From Anthoceros angustus (lineage: Eukaryota > Plantae > Anthocerotophyta), in assembly GCA_010909165.1 (NCBI GenBank), contig MU008160.1, positions 2,170,001-2,234,000 of the forward strand: a DNA stretch of 64,000 bases, written 5' to 3'. Below, piece after piece: positions 37,839 to 48,719 of this stretch (the stretch's first letter is position 1; every line of letters begins with the position of its first letter). The position numbers and the translations under genes are program-made. The notes beneath the pieces were generated by a model. That model was not told where the DNA came from. It saw only the letters and a program-made list of their open reading frames with translations, and did no database searches.

Positions 37839-38734
37839 TGTAAGAGGAAAATCTGGGGCTGCCGAGATTCACCCTCTAGCGGCCACACTTATCCCACTGT
37901 CGTTTTGTACGTTGAGTTTCGTCCCATGAGACTTGTGTGAACGGTCAAATCTTGGGAGATCAATCACTACCTACATCTACACACTACCTCAGCCTCCTCA
38001 ACAAGCAAGGCACCCACTAATCTCCCCCTTACAGCAGCTGCACCACCTACACTGCTCCGAAAATTCACCAATTCTCGACCTACAACGACACAACACAATT
38101 GCAGGTCATGCCTTAGCAGCAAGGAGTCTGCCACGGGCGCCCAGGGACCCCCTGACCGACACCGCGATTTTGTCCCTACACCTAAGACCGACTTCTCCAC
38201 ACAAGGAGCGCCCTCTTACTACAGATTTGGGATTCGTCCCGTAGGCTCTGCCTTTGGCCTTCCACTTTTCCTACACTCTAATCTTCTTCACAACCTTCTC
38301 AATACGCTCTCCTCTTCTCTACTCATCTAATCTTTTTCCTTCCGCGATCTCTTACCCTAACACCGCTTTGCTGGCTCATTAATTCCAACTTACATACGAC
38401 GCCTGGGGTCCGTCCAGTGCGAGTTCTTCCTTGGGCCGGTTGCTATGCGGTTTGTACCAGACAGAACCTCCATGGAGTCTTTCCCCAATCTACCCTCAAG
38501 CCAAAAGTTCCTTGAGCATCGCCACACTCAAAGCAAAACAATTCACAACCCTTCACAAGGAAGCGCGAGGCGAGAGCAAGCCCTTCGCCCTCGGCGTCAC
38601 GTTCTCCTCTACCAGACGTGTTGGCTTGCAGCCGCACGAAATTCGTGCACAAAGCGAAGGACTCGGAGGATGGGAGGCGCAAGACACGATAATTTTACTT
38701 CACAACCTCCCTCCTTTTATAGGAGGACCTCACA
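37839..38734 (-). repeat. Family F LTR (copy A)
   Basis: Ends ...CCTCTTACA (TGTAAGAGG at 37839 on plus); TATA CCTATAAAAGG near 38720; homologous to 20026-20855. Confidence 0.82.
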
Positions 38735-39170
38735 TGTAGAGGATCAACCCGCCGTCATGGATGCAGAAGCAAGGAGCTCACTTGCTCTACAAGTGAGAGG
38801 AAGAGGAACAGCTGAGGATGAGTCAGTGGCTACGAGAGCCAGGGCTATTTTATTGGAGGAGGAAGCTCCAGGTAGGCATAAAGATAAGAAGAGGGATTCA
38901 TAAAGAGTCCCTAAATTAGCTTGAAGACATGAGACAAGATGCCCCTTGGGGGGCGACTTTCTTTAGAGGGGAAACAAGCATAAATGCTTGTCAACCTAGT
39001 AGGGGTGTGTTGACTAGCTAGATAGGGCTGGCAGAGCCATTAAGGCTCACGTAGGTGAAGTTTACTAGAATAGAATTTTACCAAAGATGCTTCAATGTCA
39101 AATTAAAGTCCCGATGAGGATACACTAAAATAAGGAGTGAGGCGGCATAAGGAAGGCGTGCTAGGGGAGG
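38735..39170. other. Family F 3' segment carrying the PPT, inverted relative to copies C and D (repeated at 40922-41348)
   Basis: Reverse complement of 53253-53693; bounded by TCACA (38730-38734) and TGTGA (39171-39175). Confidence 0.88.
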
Positions 39171-42100
39171 TGTGATTTTTGCTCCACTCCTGCAAGATCA
39201 ACCACCTCTTCTCCCTGCAAGGGCCGAGATACTCGCCTCCCTGCTGTCAAATCCATGCTAGCAGCCCTTGCATTCGCTGCTTCCTTCTACCATAGTAGGA
39301 GCTTCTCCTACCACGGTAGGAACTCCTCCTACCACGGTAGGAGTTCCTACCGGGCTGTTTCTTCTTCAATACCCCTCCCCAGGTGGTTCTTTCCTCCTAT
39401 GAAGCTTCTCCTTCACTCGCCTCCTCCGTGCAAATTCCTTCACCCATGTTGCTTGGGACATTCTCCAAGTCTAAGGCTTCTGGTTGGACTTGCATAAGGG
39501 CCTTCCTATCATCATCATGAGGTCCCAACATCCTTCTCTCGACAAGAATTTAGTTCCTTGAGTATCTTGTTGTGAAGATGAGCTGCTAGTCGTTGTTGTG
39601 CCATCTCCAATTCTTCATAATCCTCAAGCCACACTCCATGCTCACACTTACTCTTGTAAGCATTTCGCTCCAAGGTCAACTTTCCCACCACGGCGTGAAG
39701 AGCTACATTCTCCATCTTGTCCATCGCTGGTGGATTAACTTCTCTTGTAGTATAATCAGCCCAAAATCTCTCCCTCACCACCAACATAGGTCGTACAATC
39801 GCCTCATGATGGTCCTTCTCACTTCCATCTCCTTCTCCAACTCCGCTATCCTCCTAGGGAGTTGTGCATTCTCTCTTGCTCTTGGACTTCTCGTTCCATC
39901 TCCATTCTACGGACAAAATGCATCCGTTCTTCCAGCTCTTCCTCCTTTAGTTCCAACCTCCGATTTCCCAACTCCTTTTCCATGTCACGGATTTCCACTT
40001 GTGGCCATGACTTGCTCATGGGCGTCCATTTGCCTTTGTGCTGCCTTCATTTGCTACAAGGACTTGTTTTATTTCGTTCTCTCCTCCATCAGCAGCATTT
40101 GTTTGTCTTCGCCTCTTCTCCCATGAGCCTTGTGTGAACTCCGAATCCTAGGAGATCAATCATCGCCACATCTACACATTACCTCAGCCTCCTCAACAAG
40201 CAAGGCGCCTGGGCCTCTCCCTTACAGCAGCTGCACCACCTACACCGCCCGTAAATTCACCAATTCTTGACCTACAATGACACAACACAATTGTGTTATG
40301 CCTTAGCAACAAGGAGTTCCACGGGCGCCTGTGGACCCCCGACCCACACCGCGATTTTGTCCCTACTCCTAAGACCGACTTCTCCACATTGTGAGCCTCT
40401 CACTAGATTTGGGATTCGTCCGTAGGCTCGCCTTTGGCCTTCCACTTTTCCTACACTCTAATCCTCTTCTCAACCTTCTCAATCAACAATGCTCTCTTCT
40501 TCTACTCATCTAACCTTCTTCCTTCCGCGATCTCTTACCCTAACACCGCTTGCTGGCTCATTAACCTAACCGCCTGCACGATGACGCCTGGGGTCCGTCC
40601 GAAAACGAGTTCTTCCTGGGGCGTGTGTAGACGAGAACCTCCATGGAGTCTTTCCCCAATCTACCCTCAAGCCAAAAGTTCCTTGAGCATCGCCACACAC
40701 TCAAAGCAAACACCACCACAAAGAACCCTTCACAAGGGAAGCAATGGCAGAGAGCAAGCCCTTCAAAGACTGACTGGCCACGTTCTCCTCTCTACGGACA
40801 CGTGTTGGCTTGCAGCCGCACGAAATTGCAAGTGCACAAAGCGAAGGACTCGTGAGGATGGGAGCGCAAGACACGATAATTTTACTTCACAACCTCCCTC
40901 CTTTTATAGGAGGACCTCACATGTAGAGGATCAACCCGCCATCATGGATGCAAGAGCAAGGAGCTCACTTGCTCCACAAGTGAGAGGAAGAGGAGCAGCA
41001 AGATGAGCCAAAGGCTAAGAGAGCCAGGCTATTTTATTGGAGGAGGAAGCCCAGGGTGCGGATAAGGAGGGGATTCATAAAGAGTCCCTAGATTTAGCTT
41101 GAAGACATGGGACAAGATGCCACTTGGAGACGACTTTCTTTAGAGGGGAAACAAGCATAAATGCTTGTGAACCTAGTAGGAGTGTGTTGACTAGCTAGAT
41201 AGGAATTTTGACAGAGCCATTAAGGCTCACGTGAAGTTTACTAGAATAGAATTTTACCAAAGATGCTTCAATGTCGAAATTAAAGTCGGCGATGAGGATA
41301 CACTAAAATAAGGAGTGAGGCGGCATAAGGAAGGCGTGCTAGGGGAGGTGTGATTTTTGCTCCACCTGCAAGATCAACCACCTCTTCTCCTTTCTGCAAG
41401 GGCCGAGATACTCGCCTCCCCGTCAAATCCATGCTAGCAGCCCTTGCAGACTGCTCTTCTACCATAGTAGGAGCTTCTCCTACCACGGTAGGAACTCCTC
41501 CTACCACGGTAGGAGTTCCTACCGGGCTGTTTCTTCTTCAATACCCCTCCACGAGGTGAAGTTTACTAGAATAGAATTTTACCAAAGATGCTTCAATGTC
41601 GAAATTAAAGTCCCGATGAGGATACACTAAAATAAGGAGTGAGGCGCATAAGGAAGGCGTGCTAGGGGAGGTGTGATTTTTGCTCCACCCTGCAAGATCA
41701 ACCACCTCTTCTCCTTTCTGCAAGGGCCGAGATACTCGCCTCCCCGTCAAATCCATGCTAGCAGCCCTTGCAGACTGCTCTTCTACCATAGTAGGAGCTT
41801 CTCCTACCACGGTAGGAACTCCTCCTACCACGGTAGGAGTTCCTACCGGGCTGTTTCTTCTTCAATACCCCTCCACGAGGTGGTTCTTTCCTCCTATGAA
41901 GCTTCTCCGCTTCACTCGCCTCCTCCTCGAAATTCCTTCACCCATGTTGCTTGGGACATTCTCCAAGTCTAAGGCTTCTGGTTGGACTTGCATAAGGGCC
42001 TTCCTATCATCATCATGAGGTCCCAACATCCTTCTCTCAGCAAGCCGCAAGAATTGTTAGTTCCTTGAGTATCTTGTTGAAGATGAGCTGCTAGTCGTTG

Positions 42101-45100
42101 TTGTGCCATCTCCAATTCTTCATAATCCTCAAGCCACACTCCATGCTCACACTTACTCTTGTAAGCATTTCGCCCAAGGTCAACTTTCCCACCCCGACGT
42201 GAAGAGCTACATTCTCCATCTTGTCCATCGCTGGTGGATTAACTTCTCTTGTAGAGTATAATCAGCCCAAAATCTCTCCCTCACCACCAACATATAGGTC
42301 GTACAATCGCCTCATGATGGTCCTTCTCCGCTGCCATCTCCTTCTCCAACTCCGCTATCCTCCTAGGGAGTTGTGCATTCTCTTACTCGGACTTCTCGTT
42401 CCATCTCCATTCTAGGACAAAATGCATCCGTTCTTCCAGCTCTTCCTCCTTTAGTTCCAACCTCCCGGATTTCCAACTCCTTTTCCATGTCACGGATTTT
42501 CACCTTGTGTGGCCATGACTTGCTCATGGGCGTCCATTTGCCTTTGTGCTGCCTTCATTTGCTACAAGGACTTGTTTTATTTCGTTCTCTCCTCCATCAA
42601 GCATTTGTTTGTCTTCTGCCTCTTCTCCTTTCCCGCAAGGGCCGAGATACCGCCTCCCCGCCGCCAAATCCATGCTAGCAGCCCTTGCACTACCGCCTCT
42701 TCTACCATAGTAGGAGCTTCTCTACCACGGTAGGAACTCCTCCTACCACGGTAGGAGTTCCTACCGGGCTGTTTCTTCTTCAATACCCCTCCACGAGGTG
42801 GTTCTTTCCTCCTATGAAGCTTCTCCGCCCACTCGCCTCCTCCGTGCAAATTCCTTCACCATGTTGCTTGGGACATTCTCCAAGTCTAAGGCTTCTGGTT
42901 GGACTTGCATAAGGGCCTTCCTATCATCATCATGAGGTCCCAACATCCTTCTCTCAGCAAGCCGCAAGAATTGTTAGTTCCCTTGAGTATCTTGTGTTGA
43001 AGATGAGCTGCTAGTCGTTGTTGTGCCATCTCAATTCTTCATAATCCTCAAGCCACACCCATGCTCACACTTACTCTTGTAAGCATTTCGCCCAAGGTCA
43101 ACTTTCCCACCCCGACGTGAAGAGCTACATTCTCCATCTTGTCCATCCGCCGCTGGTGGATTAACTTCTCTTGTAGAGTATAATCAGCCCAAAATCTCTG
43201 CTCCCTCACCACCAACATAGGTCGTACAATCGCCTCATGATGGTCCTTCTCCGCCATCTCCTTCTCCAACTCCGCTATCCTCCTAGGGAGTTGTGCATTC
43301 TCTTGCTTTGGACTTCTCGTTCCATCTCCATTCTACGGACAAAATGCATCCGTTCTTCCAGCTCTTCCTCCTTTAGTTCCAACCTCCGATTTCCCAACTC
43401 CTTTTCCATGTCACGGATTTTCACTTTGTGTGGCCATGACTTGCTCATGGGCGTCCATTTGCCTTTGTGCTGCCTTCATTTGCTACAAGGACTTGTTTTA
43501 TTTCGTTCTCTCCTCCATCAGCAGCATTTGTTTGTCTTCTGCCTCTTCTCCCATGTGTTCACCATGTGGGCAAGTTGTTTCACCTTCTCCTCCTGCCAAT
43601 TTCTTGGTAAGAGCCTTGTTCTCCCGATATAATTGTTCACCTCGTTGCCTTGATTCAAGACTCTTTTCCAAGTGCTTCACCCGAGCTTCCATCCTCATGG
43701 TATCCTCCTGCAGCTGGGTCTCCGCCGCCTACCCGTAATTTCCCTTGCTTGATAGGTTCTTGTCTTCTCCGCCTCCGTCTTCAAGAATTCGACCCTCCTC
43801 TTGGCCGCTCCTATGTCTACCTTGCTGAATATTTTCCTATGCGTAGCATCTCCTCCAACATATCCAAGTCACCTCCCTTGCTCCTAGGAGACTCAAGGCC
43901 TTTGCCTTGCTCATGGGATCTTACATCCTTTCTCATGAATGAGCTCCCGCCATCACTTGGTGGGGCGACCTCCCACCGTAACTCCATCCGCCGCCCACCT
44001 ACCGGGCTGTTTCTTCTTCAATACCCCTCCCCAGGTGGTTCTTTCCTCCTATGAAGCTTCTCCCGCTCACTCGCCTCCTCCGTGCAAATTCCTTCACCAT
44101 GTTGCTTGGGACATTCTCCAAGTCTAAGGCTTCTGGTTGGACTTGCATAGGGCCTTCCTATCATCATCATGAGGTCCCAACATCCTTCTCTCGAAGCCGC
44201 AAGAATTCGTTAGTTCCCTTGAGTATCTTGTTGTGAAGATGAGCTAGTCGTTGTTGTGCCATCTCCAATTCTTCATAATCCTCAAGCCACACTCCATGCT
44301 CACACTTACTCTTGTAAGCATTTCGCCCAAGGTCAACTTTCCCACCCCGACGTGAAGAGCTACATTCTCCATCTTGTCCATCCGCCGCTGGTGGATTAAC
44401 TTCTCTTGTAGAGTATAATCAGCCCAAAATCTCGCTCCCTCACCACCAACATAGGTCGCATAATCGCCTCATGATGGTCCTTCTCACTGCCATCTCCTTC
44501 TCCAACTCCGCTATCCTCCTAGGGAGTTGTGCATTCTCTACTCGGACTTCGCTCCATCTCCATTCTAGGACAAAATGCATCCGTTCTTCCAGCTCTTCCT
44601 CCTTTAGTTCCAACCTCCGATTTCCCAACTCCTTTTCCATGTCACGGATTTTCACTGCTTGTGTGGCCATGACTTGCTCATGGGCGTCCATTTGCCTTTG
44701 TGCTGCCTTCATTTGCTACAAGGACTTGTTTTATTTCGCCTCTCCTCCATCAGCAGCATTTGTTTGTCTTCGCCTCTTCTCCCATGTGTTCACCATGTGG
44801 GCAAGTTGTTTCACCTTCTCCTCCTGCCAATTTCTTGGTAAGAGCCTTGTTCTCCCGATATAATTGTTCACCTCGTTGCCTTGATTCAAGACTCTTTTCC
44901 AAGTGCTTCACGAGCTTCCATCCTCATGGTATCCTCCTGCATGGGTCTCCGCCTACCGTAATTTCCCTTGCTTGATAGGTTCTTGTCTTCTCCGCCTCCG
45001 TCTTCAAGAATTCGACCCTCCTCTTGGCCGCTCCTATGTCTACCTTGCTGAATATTTTCCCTATGCGTAGCATCTCCTCCAACATATCCAAGTCACCTCC

Positions 45101-46488
45101 CGAGGTGGTTCTTTCCTCCTATGAAGCTTCTCCGCCCACTCGCCTCCCTCCGTGCAAATTCCTTCACCATGTTGCTTGGGACATTCTCCAAGTCTAAGGC
45201 TTCTGGTTGGACTTGCATAAGGGCCTTCCTATCATCATCATGAGGTCCCAACATCCTTTCTCTCAAGAAGCCGCAAGAATTGCTTAGTTCCTTGAGTATC
45301 TTGTTGTGAAGATGAGCTGCTAGTCGTTGTTGTGCCATCTCCACCCTTCATAATCCTCAAGCCACACCCATGCTCACACTTACTCTTGTAAGCATTTCGC
45401 CCAAGGTCAACTTTCCCACCCCGACGTGAAGAGCTACATTCTCCATCTTGTCCATCCGCCGCTGTGGATTAACTTCTCTTGTAGAGTATAATCAGCCCAA
45501 AATCTCTGCTCCTCACCACCAACATAGGTCGTACAATCGCCTCATGATGGTCCTTCTCCGCTGCCATCTCCTTCTCCAACTCCGCTATCCTCCTAGGGAG
45601 TTGTGCATTCTCTAAATGACTTCTGCTCCATCTCCATTCTAGGACAAAATGCATCCGTTCTTCCAGCTCTTCCTCCTTTAGTTCCAACCTCCAGGATTTC
45701 CAACTCCTTTTCCATGTCACGGATTTTCACTGCTTGTGGCCATGACTTGCTCATGGGCGTCCATTTGCCTTTGTGCTGCCTTCATTTGCTACAAGGACTT
45801 GTTTTATTTCGTTCTCTCCTCCATCAGCAGCATTTGTTTGTCTTCTGCCTCTTCTCCCATGTGTTCACCATGTGGGCAAGTTGTTTCACCTTCTCCTCCT
45901 GCCAATTTCTTGGTAAGAGCCTTGTTCTCCGATATAATTGTTCACCTCTCGTTGCCTTGATTCAAGACTCTTTTCCAAGTGCTTCAGAGCTTCCATCCTC
46001 ATGGTATCCTCCTGCAGCTGGGTCTCCGCCTACCGTAATTTCCCTTGCTTGATAGGTTCTTGTCTTCTCCGCCTCCGTCTTCAAGAATTCGACCCTCCTC
46101 TTGGCCTCCTATGTCTACCTTGCTGAATATTTTCCCTATGCGTAGCATCTCCTCCAACATATCCAAGTCACCTCCCTTGCTCCTAGGAGACTCAAGGCCT
46201 TTGCCTTGCTCATGGGATCTTACATCCCTTACTTCCCTAAGCATGAGCTCCCGCCATCACTTGGTGGGGCGACCTCCCACCGTCCATCCGCCGCCCACCT
46301 ACCGGGGCGGTTGCCTTTTATCTCCCGCTTGGGAGCTTCCAAACCATGACTTCCCTTTTCTCTTACCGTGGTAGGAGTCTCTCCTACCACCGTAGGTCTG
46401 CCTCCTACCATGGTGGGACTAGCTCCTACCACCGTAGGTCTTGTCATGAGAGGGTGATATGGGTCCCATACCACGTGGGAACACCCCT
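39171..46488 (-). mobile_element. Family F ORF2 tandem array (five staggered partial copies, plus a second LTR copy at 40126-40921)
   Basis: The LGPHDDD-coding word catcatgaggtcccaacatcc occurs at ~39515, 42013, 42930, 44168 and 45240. Coiled-coil peptides include QRQMDAHEQVMATQAVKIRDMEKEL..LELKEEELEER and ENAQLPRRIAELEKEMA. Confidence 0.85.
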
Positions 46489-46822
46489 ATGCAGCTTCTG
46501 AGTTTGTTAAGATGGATATGACTATGCATAAAAGATATAGGTGATTGAACTTACTATAAGTATATAGAAGTGGGTAAATGGGAAACATATACCCCATAGT
46601 GAGTAGGAAACGTGAGTGACACTTTTAGGGTTTAAAAGGGGTGAGACCAGCTAGCTATAGCAAGTTCAGCTGACTCTTTGACTGTTGTCTTTGTGTTGTT
46701 TACTCAAGTTGCTCTTCATTTGTGTTTTAAAGCCTCGCTTAGGTGGTCTTAGTTTTGCACCAACACTTGCTTTCTTGACACTTCTGACCCTCTTGAAGGA
46801 TGGCTAGCTTCCAATCTCAACA
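46489..46822 (+). repeat. Copia family G LTR (lacking the first ~8 bp), joined directly to mid-gag
   Basis: ATGCAGC...TCTCAACA, followed without a PBS by LIVALESRIKTLTFEIL. Confidence 0.9.
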
Positions 46823-48715
46823 ACAACAATTTGATCGTGGCTTTGGAGTCAAGAATAAAGACTTTGACTTTTGAGATTCTCGTGAGCAGACTCTTACATG
46901 AAGAGACAAAAAGAAGAGAAAAGGGAAGATATGAGGAATCAGCTTTTGTGGCCAAAAGCCTAAGAAGAACACTCAAGTTCCATCAAGCTAGGGAAGGTCC
47001 TTCTCAATCAGGAGGATATAGAAGGTCCAACATAACTTGCAACCATGGCAAGGTTGGACACAGAGGAACTGTTTCAAGAAGCAAAGGGACGAGAAAGCAA
47101 GACCTCAAAGCAATGCTGAAGACTTTGATGAGGCCTTTGTGAGTACACATCACCACTCAAATGAAGCGACAGGTGGTATATCGATTCGGAGCTTGAGCAT
47201 ATGACCAATAGGCGTGAATGGTTTCACTCTTTCAAACCCACTCCTGCAACTAACATTTACTTGGGTGATAATTCAGCTCAAAAATGTGAGGGAGAAGGAG
47301 TTGTATTTCTAACCATGACCACTCCTAAAGGGCCTATTCTTGGGATGTTAAAGAAGGTCCTCTATGTGCCAGGCTGAGCAAAACCTCTTCTCCGTTAGCG
47401 GCTACCTCTCAAGGGTTGAGAGTGAGATTTGAGGAAGCTGGAGTGACCTTCACGAATGCAAAAGAAGAAGTGAGAGCACAAGGAGTGAAGGTTGGAAAGA
47501 TGTATTGTTTAAGTGGGAGTACTTGGTGCCAAGCTCAAGAATGGAGGCAAATGTGGTACAAGAGCACAACAACAAGCTACTATTGTGGCACCAAAGATTG
47601 GGACATCTTGGAGTTCAAAACATCAAGCTCATGGAAAAGAAAAAGATGGTAAGAGGACTTGAGCTTGGAGAGGAGGAAGATATAGGTATTTGTAGAGGTT
47701 GCATGATGGGAAAGCAACATCGATTTCCATTTCCAAAGGGAGGAAGTAGAGCTAACCATGTGCTAGATTTGATTCACTCGTATATTGTGGCCCCATGAAG
47801 ACCACATCTCTAGGAGGGGCCAAGTATTTCCTCACTTTCACAGATGACAAGTCAAGGTATACCAAGGTTTACTTCCTCAAATCCAAGGATGCTGTTTATC
47901 CAAGTTCAAGGAGTATAAAGCACTTGTGGAGAATCAAATTGGTAGAAAGATAAAAGTTTTAAGGAGTGACAATGGAGGTGAGTATATGTCCAAGGATTTT
48001 GAAACTTTTGCAAGGAGCAGGAATCATGCAACAATTTCCCCTTACACTCCTCAGCAAAATGGAGTTGCGGAAAGGAAAAATAGAACTTTGGTAGAATGTG
48101 CTAGGAGCATGCTTCATCATCAACAATTGGGCTATGAGTTTTGGGGAAGCCATTGCAAGCTGTCTACCTAACTAATAGAAGTGCAAGTGCATCACTAGAG
48201 GATATGACACGGAGGAATGCTGGTTAGGGAGGAAGCCTTCTATTGCTCACTTGCATGTGTTTGGGTGTAGAGCCTTTGCACATAAACCCAAAGAAGTCGA
48301 GCAAGCTCAAGGGAAGGCATTGGAGTGCATTTTGTGGGCTATGATATTGATAGAAAGGCCTATAGATTGTATGACAAGGCATCTAGGCGCATCATCATAA
48401 GTAGAGATGTGGTTTTGATGAGGCGGAGACTATAGATAGCAGAAATTTCCTATTGTTGATGCTCATGAGGTTGTGATACCTCAAGAACCAATTGGAAAAG
48501 ATGTCATTCGATTGATGGGAATGAAATGATCCCTAGCGAGGAAACAATGAGGAAGAACCCTTGAGAGAAGAAATTCTTCCTCCGAGGAGATATCCAACAA
48601 GGAGCGTCCACCAAGAGATTGGAGAGAAGGACCAGAGTTTGCATCCATTGCTATGGAATATAGGAGGAACCAAGAACGATAGCTGAAGCACTACAAGGAA
48701 AGATGATAAGAAAAG
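46823..48715 (+). pseudogene. Copia family G gag C-terminus, protease, integrase, to the RT start
   Basis: LVSRLLHEE; NITCNHGKVGH; WYIDS; LWHQRLGH; [16 protein letters not shown]; [12 protein letters not shown]; PYTPQQNGVAERKNRTLVECARSML; ends EEPRTIAEALQGKD, the same peptide that begins 36828 (-). Confidence 0.93.
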
Positions 48716-48719
48716 GAAA

